In this document: piece after piece, positions 22,497 through 33,090 of the stretch
Layout of the letters: each line of letters opens with the position of its first letter
How positions within the stretch are numbered: the stretch's first letter is position 1
Assembly (NCBI GenBank): GCA_965223415.1
Contig: OZ245002.1
Span: 1,888,001 to 1,952,000 of the forward strand
DNA length: 64,000 nt
Direction: 5' to 3'
Source: Myxococcota bacterium
GTDB lineage: Bacteria > Myxococcota_A > UBA9160 > UBA6930
Notes under the pieces: generated by a model
Seen by the model: the letters and a program-made list of their open reading frames with translations, nothing else
Database searches by the model: none
What the model was told of the DNA's origin: nothing
Made by a program: the position numbers and the translations under genes

Positions 22497-24770
22497 CTAG
22501 CGGCGGGAGGCTCGGCGGCGTCCGCCGAAGAGCTCCTCCAGCCAGTCCCGGGGCGTGCGGCGGGGTCGCGGGCACACGCTGCGGGGCGCCGTGCCGGCAA
22601 CGAACCACTCCTCCCGGCCCGGGCAGTGCGGCGCCGCGAGGAGTCCCGTCGCCGGGTCGATTTCGACGCGCTCCATTCCGTCCGGCGGCTCGAACCCGGG
22701 CCCGGCCTCCTCGCCGAGCACGCCGCGCAGGAATCGGGCCGCGATCGGCAGGGCGGCCTTGGCGCCGGTGAGGCCGACCCGGGCGCCGTCATCGAAGCCC
22801 ACCCACACGCCCACCACCAGCTCCGGCGTGTAGGCGACGAACCAGGCGTCCCGGAAGTCGTTGCTCGTGCCGGTCTTGCCGGCCACCGGACCGCGCACGC
22901 CGAGCTTGCCCAGGGTCTTCCCGGTGCCGCGCCGCGCCGCCCCGAGGAGCGCCTCAGTCACCAGGTGGACGGGCTGCGGATCGAACACGTCCCGGGCCCC
23001 CGGGCGCAGGGCGCCCCGGGCGCCGCCGGGCTCGGCCACTGCGAGCAGGGTTCGCGGCTCGTTCGCGAGGCCGCCGGCCGCGAGCACTCCGTAGGCCGCC
23101 GTGATCTCGAGGGGCGTCACCTCGAAGGCACCGAGGGAGAGACTCGGGATCGGGCGCAGCGGGCTCTCCACGCCGAGGCGACGGGCGGTCTCGGCCACGT
23201 GCACGAGCCCCACCTCCATGCCGAGGCGGGCGAAGGGCACGTTCAGGGAATCTTCCAGCGCCGTGCGCAAGGCGACCGGCCCGCGGTACCTGCCACTGTG
23301 GTTCGTGGGCTCCCACCTCGCGCCCTGCACGACCAGCTGCAGGGGCTCGTCCTCCAGGACGGTGCCGAGGGTAAAGCGCGACCCGCCCCGTTCGCTCAGG
23401 GTGAAGGCCGCCAGGGCGACGATGGGCTTGAACACGCTGCCGGGCTGACGGCTGGCGCCGGTGACGCGATCGAAGCCGCCGGCCTGTGCCCGCCGGCCGC
23501 CTACCCAGGCGAGCACGTCGCCGGTATGGGGATCGAGGGCAACGAGCGCCGCCTGGAGCGGGCTCTTCTTGCGGCGCAGGAGCGGATAGCCCTTCTCGAG
23601 CCGGGCGAGGCCCGCACCGACGGCTCCCTTCGCCTCGCGCTGCATGTGGGGATCGAGGCTCGAGAAAATGCGCAGGCCCGCCTCGGCGAGCTCGTCCTCG
23701 TCCACCTCGGCCAAGAGCTCCTTCTCGAGATGGGCGGTGAAGCCCGGCGCCCGAGCCCGCGGCGCGCTGCGCCGACGCACCTGGACGGGCGTGCCCTTCG
23801 CGCGGGTCCACGCGGCCGCGTCGATGCGGCCGTGGGCGTGGAGCGCGTCGAGCACCTGGTCGCGTCGGGCGCGGGCGCGCTCCGGGTGGCGATCCGGGGC
23901 CAGCGCGCTCGGGGCCCGCACCATTCCCGCGAGCAGCGCACCCTCGGCCAGGCTGAGCTGGGCCGCGTCCTTGCCGAACCAGAAGTGCGCGGCGGGACCC
24001 ACGCCGTGGACCGCGCGGGAGCCGTCCTGCCCGAGGTAGATCTCGTTCAGGTAGGCCTCGAGGATCTCGCGCTTCGAGTAACGGAGCTCGAACCAGAAGG
24101 CGAGCGCGACCTCGCGCAGCTTCCGGGTCCACGAGCGCTCCGGTGTCAGGTAGAGGTTCTTCACCAGCTGCTGGGTGAGGGTGCTGCCGCCTTCGACGAT
24201 GCGCCGTTCCTTGGCGTTCTCGAGTGCGGCGCCCGCCACGCGCACCGGGTCGACACCCGGGTGCACGAAGAAGCGGCGGTCCTCCGCGACGAGCACGGCG
24301 TTCACCAGGTCGCGCGGCAGCAGGTCGAGGGCCAGCACGTCGCGGGGCGCGGCGTGCTCCCCGCCCAGCACCGCCAGGCGGAGCGGCTCGAGGAAGAGCG
24401 CGTCCCGCGGCTCGCCGTCGGGCCCGGTGACGGACTCGATGCGCGTGCCCTTCACCTTCACCACGTGCAGCCCGCCGGCCTCGCGACCGTCCGGGTAGTC
24501 GAAGGGCCGCAGGCCGATCTCCCAGCGCGAGGCGCCGAGCCGATAGGCGCCGACGCCGGGCTCGCCGCTCGAGGCGCGGTAGTGGGCCCGCTCCAGGTGC
24601 GCCTCGACGTCCTTCCGCTCCGCCCGCGCGCCGGGGACGAGAACCCAGGGACGGCTGTAGACGGCCGATGCGCGCGGAAGCTTCTGGGCGAGCCGGGGAC
24701 CGGGCAGCCAGGGGAGGACGGCGGCTGCGGCCGCGAGCACCACCACGCCGAGGAGGAGCTTCCGGAGCAC
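22497..24770 (-). CDS. mrcB: Class A penicillin-binding protein (PBP1B-like)
   Basis: UB2H-like N-terminus, EDRRF, GGSTLTQQLVKN, SVFK, SLN, KTGT. Confidence 0.88.
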   Translation of the reverse strand: MLRKLLLGVVVLAAAAAVLPWLPGPRLAQKLPRASAVYSRPWVLVPGARAERKDVEAHLERAHYRASSGEPGVGAYRLGASRWEIGLRPFDYPDGREAGGLHVVKVKGTRIESVTGPDGEPRDALFLEPLRLAVLGGEHAAPRDVLALDLLPRDLVNAVLVAEDRRFFVHPGVDPVRVAGAALENAKERRIVEGGSTLTQQLVKNLYLTPERSWTRKLREVALAFWFELRYSKREILEAYLNEIYLGQDGSRAVHGVGPAAHFWFGKDAAQLSLAEGALLAGMVRAPSALAPDRHPERARARRDQVLDALHAHGRIDAAAWTRAKGTPVQVRRRSAPRARAPGFTAHLEKELLAEVDEDELAEAGLRIFSSLDPHMQREAKGAVGAGLARLEKGYPLLRRKKSPLQAALVALDPHTGDVLAWVGGRRAQAGGFDRVTGASRQPGSVFKPIVALAAFTLSERGGSRFTLGTVLEDEPLQLVVQGARWEPTNHSGRYRGPVALRTALEDSLNVPFARLGMEVGLVHVAETARRLGVESPLRPIPSLSLGAFEVTPLEITAAYGVLAAGGLANEPRTLLAVAEPGGARGALRPGARDVFDPQPVHLVTEALLGAARRGTGKTLGKLGVRGPVAGKTGTSNDFRDAWFVAYTPELVVGVWVGFDDGARVGLTGAKAALPIAARFLRGVLGEEAGPGFEPPDGMERVEIDPATGLLAAPHCPGREEWFVAGTAPRSVCPRPRRTPRDWLEELFGGRRRASRR

Positions 24771-24772
24771 GC

Positions 24773-25159
24773 CTAACGACTGCCGCCCGGCTCGAGGGCG
24801 TCGTCGATGGCGTCGCGGATCGCGCCGGCGAGCTCGCCGCCCAGCTCCTCGGACCAGCGCCGGGCGCGCTCCTGCCAGGCCTCCACCTCGCGGTCCCAGG
24901 CGCCCCGGCGAGCCGGCCGCCTTCGCGCCGCCTCCCGGCGGGCCGGACGCTCCGGCCGCGGGGAAACGCGGGTCTGGGCCGTGCCGGCCGCCACGTCCCC
25001 GCGCTCGACCCGGGCCCGGTAGCGCTTCGCCCGCTCCCGCTCGAGCTCCCGGTAGTGCTCGGCGGCGGCCTCGTCACGAGAGTCCCAGGCGATGGCCGGC
25101 GCAGCCACGACCAGGCCGAGGACGAGGACCAGAGGCAGGCTGCGGGCGAGGGAGGTCAT
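24773..25159 (-). CDS. Hypothetical secreted protein
   Basis: Signal peptide ending AIA; charged helical body. Confidence 0.6.
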   Translation of the reverse strand: MTSLARSLPLVLVLGLVVAAPAIAWDSRDEAAAEHYRELERERAKRYRARVERGDVAAGTAQTRVSPRPERPARREAARRRPARRGAWDREVEAWQERARRWSEELGGELAGAIRDAIDDALEPGGSR

Positions 25160-25300
25160 GGTGGGCTCGGGGCGCGAGGATACGACGGCCGACGGGATCG
25201 GGGCATTCACGAGGGATACGGCCCGGCCGGGAGCCCGGTTCGCGGCACGCGGCCGCGCCTTCCGGATCGCCCCGTGGGGAGGCCCGGCGGGGAGCGTGGA

Positions 25301-25939
25301 TCAGCCGGGCTGGATCCAGTGCACGAGACGGCCCGTGTCCGGACCGTCACGGCGGACACTGAAGAAGGGCGCACCGGGGCAGGCGGTGCAGCTCCCGGTG
25401 ACGTGCTCGACCCGCCCGATCCCCGCCTCCCGCAGCGCCGCGCCCGCGATCACACCGAGGTCGAGCCACACGTGACCCGGCCGCGACGGGCGGGTCGCGC
25501 CGTCGAGCTCCGCCGCGAAGGGCTCGCGGAGGGCGGCGAGCACGGGCTCGTCCACCTCGTAGCAGCACGGCCCGACGTGGGGACCGACCGCGGCGACCAG
25601 CGCACCCCCCCGGAGCTGGCGGAGCGCCGCGACGCCCGCTCCCACGACCCCGGCGGCCAGGCCGCGCCAGCCGCCGTGGATGGCGGCCACGGCGCGACCG
25701 TGCTCGGCAGCGACGAGGATCGGCACGCAGTCGGCGGTGACGATGCCGACGGGGACGTCCGGGTGGTCGCAGACCACGGCGTCCCCCCAGCCGAGAGGCT
25801 CTTCGCTGGGACCGTGCACCCGCACCACGTCGACTCCGTGCACCTGCTGCGGCCGGCGCAGCCGGTCCGGAGCCGTCGCGCCGCGTGTGCCGAAGCCGTG
25901 GCGCACCGGAAGGGACGACGCGCGAAGGCAGGCGCTCAC
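25301..25939 (-). CDS. pgeF: PgeF/YfiH family protein
   Basis: QVHG, TADCVP, HGGWRG, GPCCYEV; adjacent to rluD. Confidence 0.88.
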   Translation of the reverse strand: MSACLRASSLPVRHGFGTRGATAPDRLRRPQQVHGVDVVRVHGPSEEPLGWGDAVVCDHPDVPVGIVTADCVPILVAAEHGRAVAAIHGGWRGLAAGVVGAGVAALRQLRGGALVAAVGPHVGPCCYEVDEPVLAALREPFAAELDGATRPSRPGHVWLDLGVIAGAALREAGIGRVEHVTGSCTACPGAPFFSVRRDGPDTGRLVHWIQPG

Positions 25940-26865
25940 CCTTCCCGCTCTCCGAGCTGCCGCTCGAGCTCCTGGAGATCCGCCGGCAGGAGAGCTTCGA
26001 AGTGCAGGCGCTCGCCGATGGTGGGATGGGTGAAGCCGAGCGCCGCCGCGTGAAGGGCGGGGCGGCGGAAGCGCACCGGGCCCTTCGCCCGACGGCCGCG
26101 CCCGTAGACCCCGTCGCCGAGCAGCGGCAGGCCGCGGCTGGAGAGATGGACGCGGATCTGGTGCGTCCGCCCCGTCTCCGGCCGGATTGCCAGACGAGCG
26201 ATACCGCTCGCCGGATAGCGCCGCTCCACCTCCCAGTTCGTGCGGGCCGCTCGTGCGTGGCGCGCCGCGACGGACATGCGCTTGCGATCGCGCGGATGGC
26301 GGCCGATCGGCTGGTCGATCCGCCCGCCGTCCTCCTTCGGCACGCCACGCACCCAGGCGCGGTAGAGCCGATCGATTTCGTGGGTGCGGAACTGCTCCGC
26401 CAGCGAGAGGTGCGCCGCGTCGTGCTTGGCCACGACCATCACCCCAGACGTGCCGCGATCGAGGCGGTGCACGATGCCCGGCCGCAGCACGCCGCCGATG
26501 CCCGCGAGATCGCCGCAGTGGTGCAGCAGCGCATTCACGAGCGTGCCCCGGGGATGCCCCGGCGCCGGATGCACGACCAGGCCCGGCGGCTTGTCGAGGA
26601 CGACGACGGCTTCGTCCTCGAAGAGGATCTCGAGGGGAATCGCCTCGGGGACCACCGCCGCGTCCACCGGTTCCGGCGGATCCGCCTCGATGCGATCGCC
26701 CTCGCGCACGTGGGCGCTCGGCTTGGCCGCCTCGCCGTTCAGGTGCAGGCGCCCCGCCTGGGCCCAGCGCTGGACCTGGGCCCGCGGCACGCCGAGCAGG
26801 ACTGCGGCGACCCGATCCAGCCGCTGGCCGGCCTCGCCCTCCCCGACCAGCAACTCGAGGCTCAC
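25936..26865 (-). CDS. rluD: RluA/RluD family pseudouridine synthase
   Basis: S4 domain GQRLDR, KPPGLVVHP, IVHRLDRGTSG, TGRTHQIRVH. Confidence 0.92.
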   Translation of the reverse strand: MSLELLVGEGEAGQRLDRVAAVLLGVPRAQVQRWAQAGRLHLNGEAAKPSAHVREGDRIEADPPEPVDAAVVPEAIPLEILFEDEAVVVLDKPPGLVVHPAPGHPRGTLVNALLHHCGDLAGIGGVLRPGIVHRLDRGTSGVMVVAKHDAAHLSLAEQFRTHEIDRLYRAWVRGVPKEDGGRIDQPIGRHPRDRKRMSVAARHARAARTNWEVERRYPASGIARLAIRPETGRTHQIRVHLSSRGLPLLGDGVYGRGRRAKGPVRFRRPALHAAALGFTHPTIGERLHFEALLPADLQELERQLGEREG

Positions 26866-27128
26866 CAGATGCGGGACGGAACGCCCGAGCTGCGGAAGAC
26901 CAGCACGTCGACCAGCGCGCGCTCGAAGGCGTTGGTCTTGGCCGCCACGTCCGGATCGACCCGCGACTCGAAGTAGGTTCGCGCCTCGCGGATCTCGGGT
27001 TCGAGGCGGGCGAAGAGGTCGTCGTGCTCGATGCCGAGCCGCACCTTCTCCGGGTGATAGCTCATCACGTCCGAGAGGATCGCGCGCGCCAGCCGGGCCG
27101 CCCGCTCCGGATCGACGATCGGCTGCAC
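26862..27128 (-). CDS. Small hypothetical protein
   Basis: Typical codon usage, coupled to rluD; RAARLARAILSD. Confidence 0.7.
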   Translation of the reverse strand: MQPIVDPERAARLARAILSDVMSYHPEKVRLGIEHDDLFARLEPEIREARTYFESRVDPDVAAKTNAFERALVDVLVFRSSGVPSRIW

Positions 27129-27134
27129 GGCGAC

Positions 27135-27791
27135 CTAACGCCGAGCCCGCCGCCCGAGGCTGGGTTCCTCGGGGACGTGCTCGCGGAAACGAGCCATGTA
27201 GCTGGTCGCCACGCGGTCGGCATCGAGCCCGATGCACCGGCAGAGCGAGACGACGAAGCCGCGCGCGTAAACCGCCGCCGGCAGGTCTTCGAACTGGTCC
27301 TGCTCGATGAACTGGAGGTAGGTCGGGTTGATCTTGGTGACCTCGGCGATCTTCTCGAGGTCGATGCCGCGCCGCAGGCGCGCCCGGCGCAGGCGTGCGC
27401 CGGTCCACGCCGCGTCGGCGTCCTCGTCGCCGGCGTCGTCGAAGGTCTCGATCTCGGCGGGCACCAGGTCGACCGAAGCGGCGGCGTTGGATTCGTCGGC
27501 GAACTGCAGGTCGAGATCGAGCTCGACCTCGTCGAGGAGCGGCGCCTCCTGGGGAGCGAGACGACCGTCGTACTCGGCCTTGGTGTCGACGTCCGAGAGC
27601 ACCCGGTAGGCCAGCTCGATGCGCTCCCGCATGGCCTCGGCCTCGCCGTCCTCGTAGAGGGAGTAGGTGGCGAGCCCGTCCTCCGCCCAGGTGGCCTGGG
27701 CCATGCGGTAGGCGCGCTCCACCTCCTCCAGCGAGGCGTCGGGGAGGATCTCGAGCACTTCGTAGTGGGTCATCTCGGAGAGCGGCTTCAT
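27135..27791 (-). CDS. J-domain-like (no HPD) + RodZ-type HTH protein
   Basis: HYEVLEI..DASLEEVERAY; GARLRRARLRRGIDLEKIAEVTKI..YL..IE...LPAAVYARGF. Confidence 0.75.
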   Translation of the reverse strand: MKPLSEMTHYEVLEILPDASLEEVERAYRMAQATWAEDGLATYSLYEDGEAEAMRERIELAYRVLSDVDTKAEYDGRLAPQEAPLLDEVELDLDLQFADESNAAASVDLVPAEIETFDDAGDEDADAAWTGARLRRARLRRGIDLEKIAEVTKINPTYLQFIEQDQFEDLPAAVYARGFVVSLCRCIGLDADRVATSYMARFREHVPEEPSLGRRARR

Positions 27792-28747
27792 CGGGGCGAT
27801 CCTGAGGGGCGGGCAGCCTCCACGAGCTTTCCCGCGATCCGCTGAAGGTACACCGCCGCGTCGCTCTCGGGGCGGACGTCCAGGAGGGGCTTGCGGTGGA
27901 GCACGGCCTCCCGCACGGCCGGGTCCCGGTTCACGTAGCCGGCGTAGTCGATCTCGATACCGAAGAACTTGCGGCACACGCTGCGCACGGAGAAGCCCAG
28001 CTTGATGTCCTCGGTGCTCGCGACCTCGTTCACGACCACTCGCGGCTGGAAGCCCTGCAGGGTCGTGGCGAAGCGCTGGCCCTCCTCCGGATCCATCTCC
28101 TCCACGGCGCGCATCAGGTCGAGGGGCGTGCGGATGCCGCGCTCGTTGCGCTGGTCCATGGCCTCTCGCACGCACTCGCGCACGTCGTGCTTCTGGAGGG
28201 CGAGCTGCATGCGTCGGTAGAAGGCGGCCCGAATGAAGGTGTAGGTGTTCTCCACCGAAGTGGGCTCCGGATGGAGCACCAGCAGCCCGTCGTCGCCGAC
28301 CAGGAAGTAGTCGATGTTCGCCGGGTGCGCGCCGGCGCCGCAATCGACGAAGACGAAATCACACGGCAGCTCGCGGAGCGCGGCCAGCAGCTCGGCACGA
28401 CGGGCCGCGTCGGGTTGGGCCGCGGCCAGGTTGCCGTGGGTCGCTGCGAGCAGACCGAGCCCGTGGTGGGGCGTCTCCTGGAGCAGGTGCTCGACCCGGC
28501 TCTCCCGGCCGGAGACGAAATCGGCGAGGCTGTTCCGGGGCGTCTTCACCCCGAGCCAGGTGTGCAGGTTCGGCCCCTCGATGTCGGTATCGACCGCCAC
28601 CACCTTGTAGCCCGCGCGCGAGAGGGTGTGCGCCAGGTTGGCCGAGAGGAAGGTCTTCCCGACCCCGCCCTTGCCCCCGCCGACGGCGACCAGGCGGGCG
28701 GCGGGAAGATGCGCGGCGGGCGGTTGAGGGGGCGTGGGTGCGGTCAC
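27788..28747 (-). CDS. MinD/FlhG-family P-loop ATPase
   Basis: Deviant Walker A GGKGGVGKT, VDCGAG, PEPTSVEN. Confidence 0.85.
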   Translation of the reverse strand: MTAPTPPQPPAAHLPAARLVAVGGGKGGVGKTFLSANLAHTLSRAGYKVVAVDTDIEGPNLHTWLGVKTPRNSLADFVSGRESRVEHLLQETPHHGLGLLAATHGNLAAAQPDAARRAELLAALRELPCDFVFVDCGAGAHPANIDYFLVGDDGLLVLHPEPTSVENTYTFIRAAFYRRMQLALQKHDVRECVREAMDQRNERGIRTPLDLMRAVEEMDPEEGQRFATTLQGFQPRVVVNEVASTEDIKLGFSVRSVCRKFFGIEIDYAGYVNRDPAVREAVLHRKPLLDVRPESDAAVYLQRIAGKLVEAARPSGSPR

Positions 28748-28767
28748 GGGGCTCCCGGCCGGCGATG

Positions 28768-29364
28768 CTATTCCGCCAGCTCGACGTTCCAGTACGACGC
28801 GTCCACCACGTTGAGGAACGGCTTCCACTCTTCATAGCGCACACTGGAGAGCATGAGGTTCATGAGCGGCGTCCAACGCGGTCGCTGGGGCTTGCCGCGC
28901 AGCTTCATACCCGCCTGGCGCGGCGTCCGGCCGCCCTTTCGGCGGTTGCAGTCCACGCAGCTCGTCACCACGTTCTCCCAGGTGCTGCGTCCGCCGAGGG
29001 CGCGGGGCACCACGTGGTCCAGGTTCAGCTCCGCCCGGCTCGGCCGGCGCGCGCAGTACTGGCACTCGAAGTTGTCGCGGGCCATCAGGTTGATGCGGCT
29101 GAAGCGCACGTGGCGCTTCGGCAGGCGGTCGAAGGCCACGAGCACGATCACTCTTGGCACGCGCATGGGCCCCTGGGGCGTGCCGATGGCGTCGGCGTCC
29201 CGGGCGACAGCGAGCTGGCTCCAGCCCTCGAAGTCGAAGGTCTGGTACTGCGCATCCACGGCCCGGGCGATGCCCTGATACAGCAGCGAGAACGCCCGAC
29301 GCACCGAGGTGACGTGGATCGGCAGGTACGAGCGGTTGAGTACGAGGACGCTCGAGTTCAGCAT
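28768..29364 (-). CDS. HNH endonuclease (McrA-like)
   Basis: VLVLNRSY, RDNFECQYC, LDHVVPRALGG, WENVVTSCVDCNRRKG. Confidence 0.9.
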   Translation of the reverse strand: MLNSSVLVLNRSYLPIHVTSVRRAFSLLYQGIARAVDAQYQTFDFEGWSQLAVARDADAIGTPQGPMRVPRVIVLVAFDRLPKRHVRFSRINLMARDNFECQYCARRPSRAELNLDHVVPRALGGRSTWENVVTSCVDCNRRKGGRTPRQAGMKLRGKPQRPRWTPLMNLMLSSVRYEEWKPFLNVVDASYWNVELAE

Positions 29365-29385
29365 GCAGGTCGCCCTCGGGGGAGG

Positions 29386-30780
29386 CTACCGGAGGCCAAG
29401 GGCGTGGGCGAGGGCCTGCTCGACGAGCGCGTCCTCCCCCTCCAGCAGCGTGCGGGCGTCCAGCCAGACGCGTTCGTCGCGGGTCCGCGCCAGCACCGGC
29501 ACTGGAGCGGCGCGGAGGGCCGCGGCCAGGGCTTCGGCGCCGAGGTCCCCACCCAGGGCCACGGCCACGCTCGGCAGCTCGAAGCCGGGTAGCGAGCCGC
29601 CTCCCACGGCCCCGGGCACCGTCAGCACCTCGGTCTCCAGACGGTCGCCGGCCCGCTCGCCCAGGCGCTTGGCCAGGGCGCGGGCGCGCTCGCCGACCCG
29701 GTCGACGGGCTCGAGCAGCATGCGCAGCGTCGGGATCTCGTCGCGGCGGTCCTCGAGCAGCAGGCGCAGGGTGGCGTCGAGAGCCGCCATGCCGAGCTTG
29801 TCCAGGCGCAGCGCCCGGGCCAGCGGGCTCGTGCGCAGGGCCGCAACGGCCGTCCGCGTGCCCAGCACGATGCCCGCCTGGGGCCCGCCCAGCAGCTTGT
29901 CGCCGGAGAAGCACACCAGATCGGCGCCCTCGCGCAGCCTCCCCGGCGCAAAGGCGTCTTCGGGCAGGCCCTCGCTGCGCAGGTCCACGAGGGTGGCGCT
30001 GCCGAGATCGTCGATGAGCGGCAGCCCGTTCGCGGACGCGGTGGCGCGCAGCTGCGGGAGGCCCACCTCGGTGACGAAGCCCTGCTGCTCGAAGTTGCTG
30101 CGGTGGACCTTGAGCAGGGCCGCGGTCCGAGGACCGATCGCACGCTCGTAGTCCCGGGGGTGGGTGCGGTTGGTGGTTCCCACCTCGACCAGCCGCACCC
30201 CGGCCTGCTCCAGGATCTCCGGAACCCGGAAGGAGCCGCCGATCTCGACCAGCTCGCCCCGGGAGACGATCACCTCGCGCCCGCGAGCCAGGGCGGCCAG
30301 GGCGAGGAGCACCGCGGCGGCGTTGTTGTTCACCACCAGGGCGTCCTCGGCTCCGGACAGGATGCGCAGCATGCCCGTGAGGGTGGCCTGACGCTTGCCG
30401 CGCCCGCCGCCCGCCAGGTCGAGCTCGACGTCCGAGTAGCCCAGGGAGGCCGCCGCCACAGCCGAGGCGGCGGCCGGCGGCAGTGGGGCGCGGCCCAGGT
30501 TCGTGTGCAGGACGACGCCGGTGGCGTTCACGACCCGACCCGGGCGGGGGCGCGCCAGCTCCTCGGCTCTCCGGCGGGCCTCCCCCTCGACGTCCGGGGC
30601 CGGCTCGCCGCCGTCGAGGGCCGCTCGCGCCCCCTCGACCCCCTCCCGCACCCCGGCCTGGACCGCCCAGGCGGGCAGGTGCGGCTCCGCTCGAGTCAGG
30701 GCCCGGGTCAGCCGATCCACCGAAGGAAGGGAGCGTCGGGGATCCCCTGCGGGGTTCTTGACCTCGGAGTCGCGATCCAT
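29386..30780 (-). CDS. selA: L-seryl-tRNA(Sec) selenium transferase
   Basis: VNATGVVLHTNLGRA, VNNNAAA, SRGELVEIGGSFR, FSGDKLLGGPQAG. Confidence 0.95.
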   Translation of the reverse strand: MDRDSEVKNPAGDPRRSLPSVDRLTRALTRAEPHLPAWAVQAGVREGVEGARAALDGGEPAPDVEGEARRRAEELARPRPGRVVNATGVVLHTNLGRAPLPPAAASAVAAASLGYSDVELDLAGGGRGKRQATLTGMLRILSGAEDALVVNNNAAAVLLALAALARGREVIVSRGELVEIGGSFRVPEILEQAGVRLVEVGTTNRTHPRDYERAIGPRTAALLKVHRSNFEQQGFVTEVGLPQLRATASANGLPLIDDLGSATLVDLRSEGLPEDAFAPGRLREGADLVCFSGDKLLGGPQAGIVLGTRTAVAALRTSPLARALRLDKLGMAALDATLRLLLEDRRDEIPTLRMLLEPVDRVGERARALAKRLGERAGDRLETEVLTVPGAVGGGSLPGFELPSVAVALGGDLGAEALAAALRAAPVPVLARTRDERVWLDARTLLEGEDALVEQALAHALGLR

Positions 30781-31215
30781 GATGCTCCTGGAACAGATTC
30801 AGCGGCCACCGGTTCCCGCGGGGCCCTGCGGAAAGGCAGTGTAGCGGGGCCGGGGTCGAGACCGGAGCGCGGACACCTTGGGGTTCGATTTCGCGTGCGC
30901 TCCTCCTCCCGGCCATCGCCGCTTCCGAGAATCCGAACCACAAACCACCGAGTGAGTCGATTGGCGACACCGCGATCCCAGCTGCCCACCGCCCCCGCGC
31001 TAGCCCGCGGACCCGTGGCCGGGCGGCTGCGCGCGACCGGGTGTCGACGCGAAATCCATACGAGTTCCGGGACGTTGGCTGAGCTGCCCGTCCCGCATCG
31101 CCCGGCGTCGTTGCCTCGGGCGTTGCGCGCCTGAACCCCGCCCCGCCGCCTCTGGCGGCACCCAGCCCAGGTCTCCCGACCGGCCCGATCGGCGCACCCG
31201 AGCCGAAAGGCGGGG

Positions 31216-33090
31216 ATGCAGAACGAGATCCTGATCAATGCCTCACCGGGTGAGACCCGGGTGGCGATCTTCGAGAAGAAGCAGTTCGTCGAGCTCCATA
31301 TCGAGCGGGCGGGAAGCCGCAGCGTGGAGAACAGCGTGGTGAAGGGGCGCGTGACCCGCGTGCTGCCGGGCATGCAGGCCGCCTTCGTGGACATCGGCCT
31401 GGAGAAGGCCGCCTTCCTCTACGCCGGCGACTACGTCGAGAACATCGAGAAGCTCGACAGCAACGAGGGCGATCCGCGCAGCCGCAGGCGGCGGGGCCAG
31501 GGGCGGCGCGTTCCCAACATCGAGACGCTCCTCGAGGAGGGGCAGGAGATCGTGGTGCAGATCGCCAAGGAGCCGATCGGCACCAAGGGCGCCCGCATCA
31601 CCTCCCACGTCTCGATCGCCGGCCGTCACCTGGTGCTGACGCCCTGGGCCCAGCGGGTCGGCGTCTCGCGCAAGATCGATTCCGACCGGGAGCGGCGGCG
31701 CCTCCGCGACATCGTGAACAAGGTGAAGCCCGCCGACCTGGGCTTCATCATCCGCACTGCCGGCGACGGCACCCGCGAGGCCGATCTCGAGGCCGACGTG
31801 AACTACCTGACCACGGTCTGGGACGACGTCCAGATCAAGAAGGATCAGGTGCGGGCCCCGGCCGTGCTCTACTCGGAGCCGCCGCTGGCGCTGCGGGTGG
31901 TGCGGGACTTCGCGAACTCCGACACGAAGCGCATCGTGATCGACTCGCCGGAGGCGCACCGGGAGCTCACCGAGTTCGTCGACAAGTTCGTCGCCGACCC
32001 GAAGCCGAAGATCGATCTCTACGAGGGCGCGGACCCGATCTTCGACCACTTCGGCTGCGAGTCGCAGATCGACGACAACCTCGGCCGCAAGGCGTGGCTC
32101 AAGAGCGGCGGCTACCTGATCATCGACCAGAGCGAGGCGCTCACCGCCATCGACGTGAACACCGGCCGCTACGTCGGCAAGCGCGACCTGGAAGAGACCG
32201 TTCTGCGCACGAACCTCGAGGCGGTGCGTGAGGTGGTGAACCAACTCCGCTTCCGCAACATCGGCGGGCTGATCATCATCGACCTGATCGACATGGACAG
32301 CGCGGAGAACCGGGAAAAAGTGTACCGCGCGCTCCAGGAGGCGATCCGTGGCGACAAGGCCAAGACCAACATCCTGAAGATCTCCGAGCTCGGCCTCGTG
32401 GAGATGACGCGCAAGCGCACCCGCGAGAACCTGGTGCAGATGCTGTGCGAGCCCTGCGCCTACTGCGAGGGCAAGGGCTACGTGCTCTCGGACGAGAGCG
32501 TGGCCCACAAGATCCTGCGCGAGATCCGCAAGGACCTGCCGCGCTTCTGCGGGCGCGAGGTGGCGGTGACCGTCAGCCGGCGGGTCGCCGAGCAGCTGCT
32601 GGGCTCCGAGAAGGGCACGCTGAAGGGCCTGGAGGAGGACCTGGGCCGGGAGATCGAGATCCGCGCGCGCAGCGACTTCCACCAGGAGCAGTTCGAGATC
32701 ACCTCCACCTCCGAGGGCCCGGCCGTGACCCTGGACCTGCCGTGGATGAGCCCGCCGGAGGAGCCGGCGAAGGCGAAGCCCAAGGCCGAGAAGGCGGCGG
32801 AGCCGGCCGCCGAGGCGGAGGCCGAGACGGAATCGGCTGCCGAAGCCGCGCCTGCGGCGGAGGAGCCGGCCGCCGAAGCGCCGCCCGCCGAGGTAGAGCC
32901 GGCTGCGGAGAGCCCGATCGAGATGGTCAGCCTCGACGACCTCGCCGATCCCCTCGGGGAAGAGCCGGGCAACGGCGAAGAGCCGGAGGAGACGCCGCGA
33001 CCGCCGGCGATGGGGGCGCCGCCGGAACCCGTTGACGCCCCTGGGGAATCGCCGATACTCCCGCGCTTCCAGGGTCCGGAGGAGTCGTGA
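31216..33090 (+). CDS. rng: Rne/Rng family ribonuclease with acidic C-terminal tail
   Basis: [52 protein letters not shown]. Confidence 0.93.
   Translation: MQNEILINASPGETRVAIFEKKQFVELHIERAGSRSVENSVVKGRVTRVLPGMQAAFVDIGLEKAAFLYAGDYVENIEKLDSNEGDPRSRRRRGQGRRVPNIETLLEEGQEIVVQIAKEPIGTKGARITSHVSIAGRHLVLTPWAQRVGVSRKIDSDRERRRLRDIVNKVKPADLGFIIRTAGDGTREADLEADVNYLTTVWDDVQIKKDQVRAPAVLYSEPPLALRVVRDFANSDTKRIVIDSPEAHRELTEFVDKFVADPKPKIDLYEGADPIFDHFGCESQIDDNLGRKAWLKSGGYLIIDQSEALTAIDVNTGRYVGKRDLEETVLRTNLEAVREVVNQLRFRNIGGLIIIDLIDMDSAENREKVYRALQEAIRGDKAKTNILKISELGLVEMTRKRTRENLVQMLCEPCAYCEGKGYVLSDESVAHKILREIRKDLPRFCGREVAVTVSRRVAEQLLGSEKGTLKGLEEDLGREIEIRARSDFHQEQFEITSTSEGPAVTLDLPWMSPPEEPAKAKPKAEKAAEPAAEAEAETESAAEAAPAAEEPAAEAPPAEVEPAAESPIEMVSLDDLADPLGEEPGNGEEPEETPRPPAMGAPPEPVDAPGESPILPRFQGPEES
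33032..33059 (+). promoter_or_regulatory. Putative sigma70 promoter for rplU-rpmA inside the rng 3' end
   Basis: TTGACG-N16-GATACT about 30 nt before the rplU ATG. Confidence 0.45.

Noticed and set aside
28768..29364. HNH nuclease as a defence or mobile system
   Set aside because: Host-like codon usage, embedded among core genes, with no methylase, ncRNA or element ends nearby
30781..31215. Possible tRNA-Sec next to selA
   Set aside because: No cloverleaf with a TCA anticodon found on either strand by eye
32750..33030. Repetitive GAG/GCC-rich DNA in rng
   Set aside because: Low-complexity Ala/Glu/Pro protein tail, not a DNA repeat
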